A program made the translations under genes and the position numbers. The notes under the pieces were generated by a model. That model did no database searches, was not told the DNA's origin, and was given only the letters and a program-made list of their open reading frames with translations. This document shows positions 1-12,034 of a stretch of DNA of 64,000 bases, one piece after another. The stretch's first letter is position 1. Every line of letters begins with the position of its first letter. Source of the stretch: Raja brachyura (lineage: Eukaryota); contig OY740814.1 in assembly GCA_963514005.1 (NCBI GenBank), positions 15,934,001 through 15,998,000 on the forward strand. Direction: 5' to 3'.

Positions 1-544
1 AAGTGATTACAATTCTCTTCTCTCGATTGTCAATCCAATGATCCTACCATATATATCATAAAGAAAACCAATTGTGATTTTGTTATAAATAAGGAAATCA
101 TCAGACAAATTTCAAGTAAATTAGGAAGAGCAGTTGAGTTGTTCTTTACTCATTTACATTGTTGGGGCAAAATTATACTCAAAAGGAATTTTAAATCAGG
201 GAAACTTATCAGGGAATCAGGAGCATCCATGGCAAGTAAAGAGATTCCAAATTTCCTTCAACTTCTGCACATTACAATATTGTGCATAAAACTGAACTCA
301 TCCAAAACCTTCCTTCCTTTATCCTATTCTGTTACTCATCTTACTTTTCTTACAGATTCATATTTGCTCCTGGATTGGCAGTATTGCAATCTGGTAAATT
401 TCTTCAGAGCACCATTTTGTTACTTTAATAGGTACTATAGTATATATACGCTATTATTGGATCGACGTGCACGTTTACCTAACATTTCCATTAAAATATT
501 ACTGTCACATGCTTTTAAATTGGAAGCCTTCAGTCTCCCCTTAC

Positions 545-690
545 CTCCAATGCATGAATGGGAATTGAGCATCGATTCCAATTATTGAGATGGCACAATG
601 AGTCAACGATGCCTGCTTTCCCATAAATCATTAAACGATTCAAGAGGTCTTCTTGTGAGAAACCAAACACCACCATGGAAAGGCCAGCGT
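545..690 (-). CDS. SPG11: Spatacsin exon 7 (146 nt); gene continues beyond window start
   Basis: Acceptor ttgtttag, donor GAG|GTAAGG. AGLSMVVFGFSQEDLLNRLMIYGKAGIVDSLCHLNNWNRCSIPIHALE closely matches human GLSLILFGLTQEEFLNRLMIHGSASTVDTLCHLNGWGRCSIPIHALE. Confidence 0.97.
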
Positions 691-1392
691 CTAAACAAAT
701 TAGATTTGAAATACAAAAGTGAATGTTTCTATTAAAATGAATGAAGGCTTCGAAGCTTATTTTAGTCATTTTATGGCATTTTTGCTTCTCAAATGGAAAA
801 CTTGGTAAACTTCCCAAATGACTAATTTGACACTGGGCGGTCTGCATCACAACTTTCGGAAAGGTACTGATTGATTTGCCATTAGTCTGGCAATACCGGA
901 ACTCAGTTGGGAAGGCAACAGTTGGGGGTAGTTGACCTCAAGATCTAGGATATTGGTGCATAACAGCTATCCTGCTGTATGGTGCACTTTAGGCAAATAA
1001 CTGTCAAGATGCAGATATAAAAAATGACTACAGTTCATGTGAATTAATCACCCAGCACACCAAAAGGAGGGGGTAGGGAGGACAGAGTACAAGTGAGAGG
1101 CAGAACAGTTCATGAAGGTATAAGTTGAATGCAATCATTATTCTGTCAATTCCATTTAGGAACCATTCCTTTTGAAATTATGCAGCTCTCACTCATTGGC
1201 GTACTTGAGTGTTACCATAGCAGCTTTTAAACAATTGGGACTTTTGGGATTACAGGTCCTCCCTAGGTTACGGTGGAGTTCCATTCCTGAAGACTGACAT
1301 AACTAATAAGTTAGACCACAGCATTCAACTCGGATTTAAGCCAGATATCGCTGCAAACTGAGTTCACGCACACCAGAAGATGGCTGCAGCCC

Positions 1393-1670
1393 GCAACAGG
1401 GTAGTGGTAGATTTGCTGCCTTACACCGCCAGAGGCCCGAGTTCGATCCTGGCTACGGGTGCTGTCCGCATGGCAGTGTGGGTTTTCTCTGGGTGCTCCA
1501 GTTTCCCCCCACACTCCAAAGACATACAGGTTTGTAGGTTAATTGGCTTCTGTCTTAATTGTAAATTCTACTCTGCAAGACAGTGCTAATGTACGGGGTG
1601 ATCACTGGTCGGCACGGACTTAGTGGGCTGAAGGGCCTGTTTCCATGTGGTATTTTGAAAGTCAAGTAAA
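1393..1670 (+). mobile_element. HE1-like tRNA-derived V-SINE
   Basis: B-box GAGTTCGATCC, V-domain gtgggttttctctgggtgctccagtttcccccc, CR1-derived tail gggctgaagggcctgtttcc. Confidence 0.8.
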
Positions 1671-2634
1671 GCCACCAAATCCATCCCACCATGCTGCCAA
1701 ACACTTGGTTGTATGAATGGGTTGTACACAAGCCAGGTGTTCATAACCATAACTGTAAGAGAAAAGTGCTTGTAGTCTTAAACATTCCCACAATGTTCTG
1801 TAACCATGTACAAAAATATTTAAAGTTCTAGTTTAAAAATTCAAGATCTCGCATAAACCTAAAAAGTGTTAACTATACTGAATAATTAAACACGGGAAGA
1901 ATATTCCCAAACATCAAGGAACCCAGGTGCTGGGGTCATTTAAAGGATAAGAGCAAGACTGAGATAGGAGAAATTTCTTCTCCTAGTAAGTGGTGAATAT
2001 GTGGAACTCACTACCACAGAAAGCAGTTGAAATCAAAGTTTAAATATATTTAATGTTGATATGTTCCCATAGAAGCAATAGCCCTTTAATCTAGATACTG
2101 GCTCGCCTCAATAAATCACAACACTAATCGCTAAATCAGTGCAGCAAGTCCCACTCCAGAGATAGGCTGTACCAAATCTACACTGACACTTCTATCAGTA
2201 TTTGAGGCAAGTACAAAAACAACATACATTTGGATAGATAGATAGATGAATAGAAAAAGTTTAGATGGATATGGGCAAAATGCAGGCATATGGGATAACT
2301 GTATATGACCAAATGCACGGCATGAGCAAGTTGGGCTGAAGGGCCTGTTTCTGTGTTGTAAGGAAAATAAAGGAAAATAAAATAAATCAAACCTGTAAAA
2401 AAATTAATTAAAAATTCTGGAAATACTCAGCAGGTCAGACATCATCCCAAATGGAATATTTTGAATCAGAAATGTTAATGCTGTTTCTCTCCCCATAGAT
2501 ACCATCCACCTGATGAGCTTTCCACCATATATGATTTTCTGTTTTGTAGACAAATGGTTTATGGTCACTCTACCCCTTCAGAACCCAGTTTCAGAACATT
2601 AGCAGGGCTGGGAGTGGGATGAATGGGATAGGAG

Positions 2635-2918
2635 CAGAATTAGGCCATTCAGCCCATCAAATCTACTCCACCATTCCATCATGCCTGATCTATCTTTCCC
2701 ACTCAACCCCATTCTCCAGCCTTCTCTCCGTAACCCCTAATACCCTTACTAATTAAGGATTTGTTAATCTCCGCCTTAAAAATATCCATTGACTTGGCCT
2801 CCACAGCTGTCTGTGGCAATGAATTCCACAGATTCACCACCCGCTGACTAAAGAAATTGCTCCTCATCGCCTTTGTAAAGGTACATCATTTTATTCAGAG
2901 TTTATGGCCTCTGGTCCT
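2635..2918 (-). mobile_element. CR1-type LINE 3' fragment
   Basis: Minus strand has the RVVNLWNSLPQ.AVEA motif and conserved 3' UTR, and resembles the 8561, 44922 and 61171 copies. Confidence 0.7.
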
Positions 2919-3582
2919 AATTCAACCAAGGTGCCTGTCCAAGCACGACATGCTAAGTGCAATTTCTTTCAGTGCAATGCCATGATGAGATGGGTTAAAT
3001 GGGCATGCATTCATCCCAAATAATCTCTGCACAACTTTGTTCTCGGCTCAAATCACAGAGAAAACACTTCATGTCCTGGCCCATGCAATACACAATTCAC
3101 AGCTCGCCTGTTCTCATTGTTAATTATTCTGTTTCCTGCACATAGATCCAGCAAGGAGGACTGCTCTGTATACTGAAACACTGATATACTACTCATGTCA
3201 GTATGACCCTTAATGGGAATGAGGATTTGCAAGATTAAACGTCCTTCAGCTAATGATGTTAAATTGCAATTCCAGCTGTCTGCCACACGTTCCATCTAGG
3301 GAGCTGTCTTGGTGGAGAATTAATATTACTATCTACTTTGCAACCACTTCACAGCCAACCAACCTCGTACCAAGACACGTTGCTGGGGGAAAAGCAGCAT
3401 CAATCTCATTCTTCCCACAGTGGTCAATAGAACACTGCTGGCATGGAACAGCAGCTGCATTCGGCCAACAAGGATGACATCTCAAAATAGTGAATTAACT
3501 CGAATTGCTTGGAAAAGTATATGATAGAAGAGATTTTTTTTTAAACTGCATAAATATTTATTTTAAAATATCAAACGCTTAC

Positions 3583-4004
3583 CTGTGAGAAACAGACATA
3601 ATTCATCCTTGCCGCCTCCTTCCACTGGCAAGGAATAGCCATCAATGTGATGGTACGTCACTTCTTCAGTTTGTAAGTCCCAGAATGCGATGGTCAACGC
3701 TCCAGAGTCGGGAGCAACAAGGGTGAATAAAACACTGAATCCTGAAACAGATACGGTCTCTATAATCATGGATTCCTTGAGTCCCTGCAGGTGCAAGACT
3801 CTGTGCCATTTACTTTCTTGACTGTTTAGGTCCTCCTTCTGTCCAAAAGTGTTGGATTTATGAGAACGGATGTGACAGGGTGCAATATTTGCATTGGAAC
3901 TGGACACATGATGATACCAGGGAGCGGATGATCTTGTCAGGAATTCTTCTGCCATCGAGACTTTAGTCTTATTGTAGAAATCTCGCAATCGGGCTGCCCA
4001 GGAT
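3583..4004 (-). CDS. SPG11: Spatacsin exon 6 (422 nt)
   Basis: Acceptor tttgactaag, donor G|GTAAGC. SWAARLRDFYNK...APWYHH...VSVSGFSVLFT...IAFWDLQTE...PVEGGGKDELCLFLT resembles human SWKAQL...APWFQD...VSVTGFTALFT...ITLWDLETQ...PVDSSGDQQLCFVLT. Confidence 0.95.
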
Positions 4005-4427
4005 CTTAGTCAAACATAAATGATTTAATTTACTTACTCCTATAAATTCACAATTACATACAATAAACTTTGTATTGCTGTAACGTTAACCAGCTATTGA
4101 ACCTACATATTAAAATACGTTAGGAGCAAATGCGCAATATAAAACCATAGAGCACAAAGAAGACCATTCAATTCATTGTATATGTTCTAAACATTTGATA
4201 AAGCTTAGCATCAGCCCACTCTCCAGCTCTTTGCACAAGACCTTACAAATTTCTTCTGTAGACTTTACTTTTGGACTTTAGAGATACAGTGCAGAAACAG
4301 GCTATTCGGCCCAACGATTCCCTGCCAACCAGCGATTACCCCGTACATGAGCAACATCCTGCACACCAGGGACAAATTACAATGTTTACAGAAGCCAATC
4401 AACCTACAAACCTGTACGTCTTTAGAG

Positions 4428-5000
4428 CTGACTTCGTTCCAAAAGTGCTTCCTTAATTATGGATTAATAATGGCAAATAAACATACTTAAATTCTGGAAA
4501 AGCGCTCCCACACCAACGATAAAAATGTGGATTTCAAATATGTCCGAAATGTTACATCTTGAAGATATGAGATTCCTCCTAGCAGGCAAATCAGACCATT
4601 TCCAAAAGATTTGGTCTCCATTTATCGACTTATTACAAGCATAGGGTGCAACACAACTTAAAAATAAATGGTATCAGGACCTGGTGAGGGGTGTGTAAAG
4701 ATACGAAGTAGGTACATCCCTTTTATCTTATCTTATTTTACTTTCTTATATTTTCTGTCTTCTATTTTTCTCTTTCTTTTCCTTTGGTTTACTTCTTTAT
4801 TCTTTCTTGTGTTTTACGCTTCTACGGGTTCTTCCTGATCACTCTCTCATGCACTTACTATCTTATCTAACTTTCTCTATTCTTCTTCTTCTTCTTCTTA
4901 AAAGTTTAAAATAAGAAGTGGTACATGAAATGTATTATGTTATTTTTGGCTTATATCATTGTAATGTACATTACTTCTAATAAATATATATATATTTTAA
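4428..5000 (+). mobile_element. 5'-truncated L1/Tx1-type LINE inserted in an HE1 SINE
   Basis: ORF2 C-terminus ...LKFWKSA..PTIKMWISNMSEMLHLEDMRFLLAGKSDHFQKIWSPFIDLLQA*, T-rich 3' UTR and AATAAA. Flanks (4266-4427 and 5001-5140) join into one minus-strand SINE with AGAG duplicated. Confidence 0.78.
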
Positions 5001-5352
5001 AGAGTGTGAGGAGGAAACCAAAGCACCCGAAGGAGACCCACAGGGTCACAGGGAGAACGTACAGACAGCACCTGTAGTCAGGATCGAACCTGGGTCTCTG
5101 GCGCTGTAAGTCAGCAACTCTACCGCTGCGACACAGTGCCTCTCTGTTTCTTTTGAAAGTTCTTAATTAATTTGCTTCCTTCTGCCTTTCAAGCAATACC
5201 TTTCAGGTTATAAAGGGCAGCATAAAAATGTCTAATCTCCCTTTGGATTTTGTCTAATTATTTCAAAATAAACATTTATAATATTTGTAATTCCTAAGTC
5301 ATTTCACTTGAAATAAATTAAAGTGCAATCAGATCTGAGTTTCCAACCTTAC

Positions 5353-5493
5353 CTATCTGGTTCAAATGGTAAATTGAGCACTTTTTCACTATAAACAGAA
5401 CTAGTAAGGTCATCCTCATCGACGCCAGTGGGAGTTCTCAAAGAGTCATTATTAGAAGCTTTACTGGTGCACAGCAAGTCATCAGGATGTTCT
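5353..5493 (-). CDS. SPG11: Spatacsin exon 5 (141 nt)
   Basis: Acceptor cttacag, donor AG|GTAAGG. EHPDDLLCTSKASNNDSLRTPTGVDEDDLTSSVYSEKVLNLPFEPDR resembles human QHPGHLLC...PKGVDEDDPVNSAYNMKLAKFSFQIDR. Not in the ORF track. Confidence 0.93.
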
Positions 5494-5735
5494 CTGTAAG
5501 AAGAATAACACAACAGGAAATTTCACATATAAATATATCCTCAATTTTTAATGAACCTCCACTAAAGTAGTAGATCTTTAAATTATTGTTTTAATCACCA
5601 GTGGACCTTTAATATTATCCTTAGTCATTGTGATTTCAAAATTGTCATGCATTATTTCATCTCTGAAAAAGTGCACAATGGCTACTGTAATTATAATGTA
5701 ATGCACAACAGATTACAATCTACTACAAACCCACT

Positions 5736-6529
5736 GTCAAGTCAAAAGTCAAATAAACTTTATTGTCATTTAGAAATACATCGATATATGCAATTCCAAA
5801 CAAAATTCTGTTGCATTTGGCTCCCTGTGCAACACGATAATTAACAGAAGGATAAACATGGATAAAATGGATAAAAGGATAAATAGACAATGGTGGCAGC
5901 CCATTACATGCCATTCAGGAGTCTGATGGCTCGTGGGATGAAGCTGTTGCAGAACCTTGATGTTCTGCTCCTTATGCTACGATATCTTTTGCCCGAGGGC
6001 AGCAGAGTGAACAGTCCGTGATGGAGATGTGTGGGGTCTTTTATAATACTGCTGGCCTTAGACACGCAACGTTTGGTCGGAATATCCCCGATTGAGGGGA
6101 GAGTAGTCCTGATGATTTTTTCCGCTGTCCTCACCACTCTCTGCACGGACTTCCAGTCGGAGGCTTTACAGTCCCCAAACCAGACAGAGATACAGCTGGT
6201 CAAAATACTCTCTATGGTGCCCCTGTAGAAAGTGGTGAGGATGGGATGAGGGAGGTGAGCTCTTCCTATCCGGCGCAGAAAGTGCAACTGCTGCTGCGCT
6301 CTCTTAACTGCTGATGAGATGTTATTTGACCAGGTCAGACTGTTAGTGATCTGCACCCCCAGGAACTTAGTGCTACTGACCACCTCCACATCGCTGTCAT
6401 TGATGTGAAGTGGTGTGGGTCTATGCCGGTTTTTCCTGAAGTCGACGATGACCTCCTTTGTTTTTTCGACATTAAGGATCAGGTTGTTCGTATTGCACCA
6501 GTCCACCAGTTGTTTCACCTCCTCCCTGT
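5736..6529 (-). mobile_element. 5'-truncated Rex1/Babar-type LINE (RT C-terminal region, 3' UTR, microsatellite tail)
   Basis: Uninterrupted frame REEVKQLVDWCNTNNLILNVEKTKEVIVDFRK...FYRGTIESILT...LLPSGKRYRSIRSRTSRFCNSFIPRAIRLLN, followed by AATAAA and TTGAC-type repeats. Confidence 0.88.
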
Positions 6530-6530
6530 T

Positions 6531-6652
6531 ATCTGACTCCCAGTTATCTTGACTACACCTCCCCATCCTGCTTTTGCAAGGATACCATCTCCTACTTGCA
6601 ATTTCTCCACCTCCACCACATCTGCTGAGGCTTTCCATTCTAGGACATCCGA
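6531..6652 (+). mobile_element. Degenerate Penelope-like RT thumb fragment
   Basis: Translates with indels to a DS.SYLDYTS.HPA.CKD.I...FL.L..IC...AFHSRTSE-like motif. Confidence 0.6.
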
Positions 6653-7092
6653 GAACCTCTCCTTATCTGACATGCTTTTATCGCCTTTACATCTCTAGTC
6701 TTTGTCCACCTATCTGCCAATCAAAGCCCCCTCACGTATATCTACCTGTGAGTTGCCAGGCTCAAACTTCCATTTGGAGTCTAATACCCAAGGGGCAAAA
6801 GTGTCAAGTGAAGCATTCCAGTAGTGTCAAGTGAAGAGTCCTACTAAAGTCAACATTTAGCTCCAGATGAAAAAAAAAACAGGCATCAATTGACATGGAG
6901 CACTAATAGACAGGAGTGAAAGGAATCCTGTTATGATGCCAGAAGCAATATTTACAGAGGAGGATGAAATTGAAATATCTTCTCGTGTGATATATTTCTC
7001 ACGTTCTATTCTTTTATGAAGCAACTTGATAAATAGTGATAGATATTCTGACGATTTCTACCTTGCTAGTAAAAATATAAAAACTAATATAC

Positions 7093-7291
7093 CTGAAAAA
7101 ATTATTCAAGCTGACACAAATAGCATGGTTAAAGCAGTTCACAGCCACAGCAACATCCAAGTCAGGCGATAACCCAAGTCTGCTCAGACAGGTTAGGTCA
7201 CAGGCATCATGAGCTTCTTCACACACTCCCATCTGGCAGAGTGCAAGATTAACATTCCCAAGCTGTTTGCCATCTACAGTATCATAAATAT
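7093..7291 (-). CDS. SPG11: Spatacsin exon 4 (199 nt)
   Basis: Acceptor ctttttcag, donor AG|GTATAT. YIYDTVDGKQLGNVNLALCQ...LGLSPDLDVAVAVNCFNHAICVSLNNFFR resembles human YIFDVVDG...LKVSQDLDVAVIVSSSNSAVALNLNLYFR. Confidence 0.95.
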
Positions 7292-9583
7292 CTGAAAAAG
7301 CATAATATTAAGGAATTTTATAACAATGGATAAACAGGTACTAAACTCAGCAATGGCTTCAATCTGGCAAATCTGTGTTTGGATCAATTAAATCGGGATG
7401 TTTTGGGCCAGCACCCAAAATATTAGCATAAAAATCTCAGTTGTAAAAATCCAGCTGGTTCACTGAAAGAAACCACCGCTTTCATGACTCTCATGGGTTT
7501 GGCCGACACGTAACTCCAATCCCATGTGAAAGACTTCACACCTCACAAGCCACTCAGTTGCCAGAATAACAAAACTGATCTGGACAAGTGCCACATAGAT
7601 CCGCTGCAAATTCAAAGCACAGCTGTTAATTTGTGCGGGCTTGCTGCCTTTGCAGCTTGGCTTTTACCTCTATAATATTCATAGGTGTGTGTATGAATCA
7701 GATTTCAATATTCTGAGCAGAACATGTTTTTTTTTCCAATTACAAGATAACCAAGGCAGCTCTGCCACTCAAAGATCATAAAACACAAAATATAGTTATA
7801 CTTTATATCCGTTGATTAGCAAAGAGGACAACAGCAAAATAATACTTAATATATCTTTTCCTGTTTTCCTTTCCTGCTACGTTAGTGTTGCATTTATGAG
7901 TATGTTCCATTGCCTTTCATGCTTAGCGAATTAGCTGCCTCGTCTGTCTTTCAAATGTTCCTATGAAAATCAGGTTTTAGGTCTATTTCCTCCAAGTAAT
8001 AAGCTAAACATAAGGCAGCAGCGTAGGCAATGAGATCCTCATTCTATAATTAACTCTCCCAAGTCAAATGTAATTGGGACAAAAAAAAAGTAATGTTGGG
8101 TAGAGGTGAAGCAAGACTCCCGAAAGGTAAAAGATAAGCAAACTTGAAACTATCTTCCACACTACCTTGGATCTATGGAGAAAAATAAACCAAGTAGTCA
8201 GAAATTAAGTTTGGAGAATGGCAATTAATCTTTTTAAACTAACAATCAAGATACATTTTTTTCAAAATTAATGTGCATAAAGATGTACTGTGATGGGTTA
8301 ACATATGTAAAATGCTGTTCTTTCAGCTCTGCCATTCGAATTCCTTTTAGCAAACCAAGAAAAGTCAAGTTTACAGGTCATTTCTAAAAATACGGTGAGG
8401 TACAGGTACAATATCTTGCTTGCAGCAGCATCACAGGCACATAGGAAAGTAGATGTTTCTGAGCCTGGTGGGGTGTAACCTTTTAGTTAAGTTTAATTTA
8501 GTTTAGAGATATGATGCGGTAACAGGCCCTTCGGCCCACCGAGTCCATGCCGACCAGAGATAGAAACATAGAAACATAGAAAATAGGTGCAGGAGTAGGC
8601 CATTCGGCCCTTCGAGCCTGCACCGCCATTCAATGTGATCATGGCTGATCATCCAACTCAGTATCCCGTACCTGCCTTCTCTCCATACCCCCTGATCCCT
8701 TTAGCCACAAGTGCCACATCTAACGCCCTCTTAAATATAGCCAATGAACTGGCCTCAACTACCTTCTGTGGCAGAGAATTCCAGAGACTCACCACTCTCT
8801 GTGTAAAGAATCGCCAGTGTAAAGCAGATCGCCATATAATAGCACTATCTAACACACACTAGGGACAATTTACTATTTTTACAAAGCCAATTAATCTACA
8901 AACCTATACGTCTCCAGAATGTGTTCCGGAGATGTATAGCCCCCATTCCAACGCGGTCACGGGCAGCAACTCTATCGCTATGCCACCGTGCTGCCCCAAC
9001 TTCAAGCTTCTGGACCTCCTGCCCGATTACACATTTAATTACAACATAATTAAAACCAAATTACAGCCTTAATTAAAAAAATATAGATATTTTAAATGCA
9101 TCCAAACACTGTGGTGAAAGTAGCAATACTCAAGACCCATAGCATCTGAATGTTTAGACGATAAATAGAAATCTTTCACTGACTGTTTCATTTCAACTGA
9201 AAGCACATTACTCCCACTCTGTTGGAATCTATAACCAAGCTAATAACCCCATTCAATGAATACCAGTGGAAGTAAATACCAATAAAGCAATTGATGCACT
9301 GAAGTTGGTGAGTGCAATTGAAAAATTGATAATTACATTTTTGAATACTTTTTTTTTAAAATCACCTTGTTAGATTTATCAGCACTGAAATCCCATTTTC
9401 AACAATTTCTCTACGTCTGTACATCATCCAGTATGATCCTAGATGAGTGATTACATTTCTGCTCCAAGAGTACTCCTTCTCTATAGTGAAAGAGGACTTG
9501 CAGCTCATATATTAAAGACTTAAAGCAGATCGGCTTTAGTTTGTTCAGTGCTTTGCATTGTTGTTCAAAATTGCAAAGGATAC
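7292..9583 (-). other. SPG11: U12-type (minor spliceosome) GT-AG intron, SPG11 intron 3
   Basis: 5' splice site GTATCCTTTG (9583-9574) and branch site TTCCTTAAT (7315-7307), about 16 nt upstream of the AG, both match the U12 consensus. Confidence 0.9.
8561..8806 (-). mobile_element. CR1-type LINE 3' fragment nested in an HE1 SINE
   Basis: FTQRVVSLWNSLPQKVVEASSLAIFKRALDVALVAKGIRGYGEKAGTGY* and (TTTCTATG)n tail. SINE halves at about 8482-8558 and 8826-8995. Confidence 0.82.
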
Positions 9584-9811
9584 AAATCCAGCCCGCGCTG
9601 TCCAATAGGAAAAGCATTTCCTGGCAAATCTGTCCATCCGTTATTCTCCCAGAGGCCTCAGGAGACAGACAAAGTTTAAATCCATCAAACATATCTGCTT
9701 CAGAAGCGCCTTCCAACCAGTATAGGTGTATCAAGGTGCAATTATTGAGCAGTATGAAGGATGTGCTATTTTTAAATGATAGAATCTTCATAGTGAAGGT
9801 TGATTGTAGAC
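9584..9811 (-). CDS. SPG11: Spatacsin exon 3 (228 nt)
   Basis: Acceptor tttgcag. LQSTFTMKILSFKNSTSFILLNNC...ITDGQICQEMLFLLDSAGWI resembles human LRILSFHNNTSLLFINKC...IIDTQLCRGILFVLSSLGWI. Donor T|GTATCCTTTG. Confidence 0.95.
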
Positions 9812-10739
9812 CTGCAAATCAAAACCATTTTAGTTTGTACGCATCTGCAGTAACATCAGAAGAACTTGCAAAATGTTTTAATTCAAATTTATGTGATAAA
9901 TCTACTTTTTATGCAATTTGGCATGGTCACTAATCTTAAAACTGATTAGAAATGCCCGATTAAACCAACACCTATTTTCCAAGAAACTGTAAGAGAGAAT
10001 TGAAAGCTAATTAGCACAACATCTGCGACAAAAAATGCTAGAATCCATTGTTAAGTATATGTTGATTTAACACCAGTAAAATAAAATAAATTGTTGTTTT
10101 CAGGATCCATCTGGTAGAATAGATCTTTGGGAGTTTTAGAGGAATTCAATAGGGTGCTGTAGAAGAGCTTGTCGCACAAGAAGCAAGACTCATGAGACTG
10201 GGAGTGAGATATTAACTTGGATTGAGGAATGGTTATGAGACAAAAGACAGGTCTTCTCCAGAACTATGAAGGTTGGTAAATCTCACGGGCCTAATCAGTT
10301 TAATCCAAGAACACCATGGCAATTTAGAGAATTGCAGGAATCCTGGCTGAGATATATGAATCATCGTTAGGCATGAGTGAGATGCCAATAGACTGAAGCG
10401 TGGATAATGTTGTACCTCTATTTTAAGTAAATCTGCAAAGAAATCCAGTAAGACTAATATAAGGGGTAGGAACGTTACTGACAAAAACAAAGGACAAAGG
10501 ACATTTATTGTCACATACACCAATTGGTGTAGTGAAATTTGAGTTGCCATTTGCAGCACACCAATAAGAATAAAACACAACATTAAAGAATTGAACATAA
10601 AACATAAAAGCATCCCCCCACAATGGTTCCCACTGTGATGGAAGGCAGCAAAGTCCAGTCCTCTTCCTCTTGTTCACCCATGGTCGGGCCTATTGAGGCC
10701 TCCGCAGTCGCCGCCCCAATGTTTCAGGCCGCTGTCGCC

Positions 10740-11575
10740 ATACTGGAGATAATTCAGAAAATTACTGGGGAAGGTATACATGAATTTGGAAAGACAAGAG
10801 TTGATTGTGGACAGTCAGGATGGTTTTGTGCATGTGAGATTGTCTCATGAATTCGATTGAGATTTTTGAAGAAGTAAACAAGAAAGTTGATGAGTGCAAG
10901 GGCATAGATATAGACTATATGGAATTCAGCAAGACTTTAGAGGAGGTTCCATATGGTAGGCTGCTCTGGAAGGTTAGATCTCATGGGATTCAGGGAAAGC
11001 AAGCGAACTACATGCAAACTTAGCTTAATGGACGGAAGCAGTTGGTGTTGACATTGGATGGTTGTTCGTGGTTGACTGGAGGCCCGTGACGAGTGGTGTG
11101 CCTCAAGGATCAGTGATGAGTCCATTGTGGTTTGTCATCCATATCAACGATTGGGATTCGAATGTACAAGGAATAGTTAGTAAATTTGCAGACGACATTA
11201 AAATACGTGGTATCATTGGATGATTGTCAAAATTTTGATCAGCTGGGCAAGGCAAATTGAGTTTAATTCAGATATGTGTGAGGGGTTGTATTTTGGGAAG
11301 TTAAATGAGGACAGAACCTTCACACTGTATGGTAAAACCCTGGGGAATGTTGCAGAGGCCAAGCACATAGTTTCCTGAAGTAGAATCACAGGTACATACA
11401 ATGGTGAAGAAGGTTTTTGGCACACTTGCCTTCATTAGTCAGGGAATTAAATATGGATGTTGGAACGTTATGTTACATTTGTACAGGATATTGGTGAGGC
11501 CACACTTGGAGTGTTCAGTTTTGATCACCCAGCTGTAGGAAATAGGCTATTAAGCTGAATAAAGCGCAGAACGAG
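10740..11575 (+). mobile_element. Degenerate CR1/HER1-type LINE RT region
   Basis: Frameshifted remnants of DSQ.GFV...FEEV.KKVDE...YM.FSK...VP.GRLLWKVRSHGIQG...SGVPQGSV...KFADD...LVRPHLE motifs. Confidence 0.82.
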
Positions 11576-11849
11576 AATGCTTTGCCAAATGACTTTGACA
11601 ATGTGTTCAGGGAACCACCAACTCTTTCTCCCGCAGAGCCTCCAGGATATTCTGAGCTGACTACTGCTTGTTGGACTTGTGGTCAAAGGTTATTCTCCCA
11701 CTGCAACTTTGTTCTCTCGTTATCAACCTTTCTACAATTGGAAAACTTATTTACGTAGCGACATTGCTGTATATCATGGCACACTACCACTTCCTAATGC
11801 TATTTTGATCAAAGCGATTTTCTTTAACAAACACAGTTGTATCACTCAC

Positions 11850-12034
11850 TTAGGTTTTTGTTTTCCACCAGTTTCTGCAGTGCCTCCTCACTACAGCTGT
11901 GAGTGTTGGTAACGTCACAGATGCCATCCTGGACACAGAACTCGTAGATCCCCAAATCGTTGCGGTTAGTCAGAGCAAGAAGACGTCCCCTGTTGGGCGA
12001 AGTCTGCAAATTCTCCGTTGTTTCCCAAACAAAG
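11850..12034 (-). CDS. SPG11: Spatacsin exon 2 (185 nt)
   Basis: Acceptor tttggcag, donor A|GTGAGT. FVWETTENLQTSPNRGRLLALTNRNDLGIYEFCVQDGICDVTNTHSCSEEALQKLVENKNL matches recalled human FLWEDSRNSSTPTEKPKLLALGENYELLIYEFNLKDGRCDATILYSCSREALQKLI. Confidence 0.95.

Noticed and set aside
1-50. Minus-strand IDNRE peptide resembling the start of SPG11 exon 8 (IENRQ)
   Set aside because: No suitable acceptor, and the flanking residues do not match; probably chance.
139-588. 149-aa plus-strand ORF
   Set aside because: Non-ATG start, AT-rich sequence antisense to an SPG11 intron, and no motif.
5904-6638. 244-aa ORF as a host gene
   Set aside because: Chimeric: an antisense Penelope fragment joined to a truncated Rex1-type RT.
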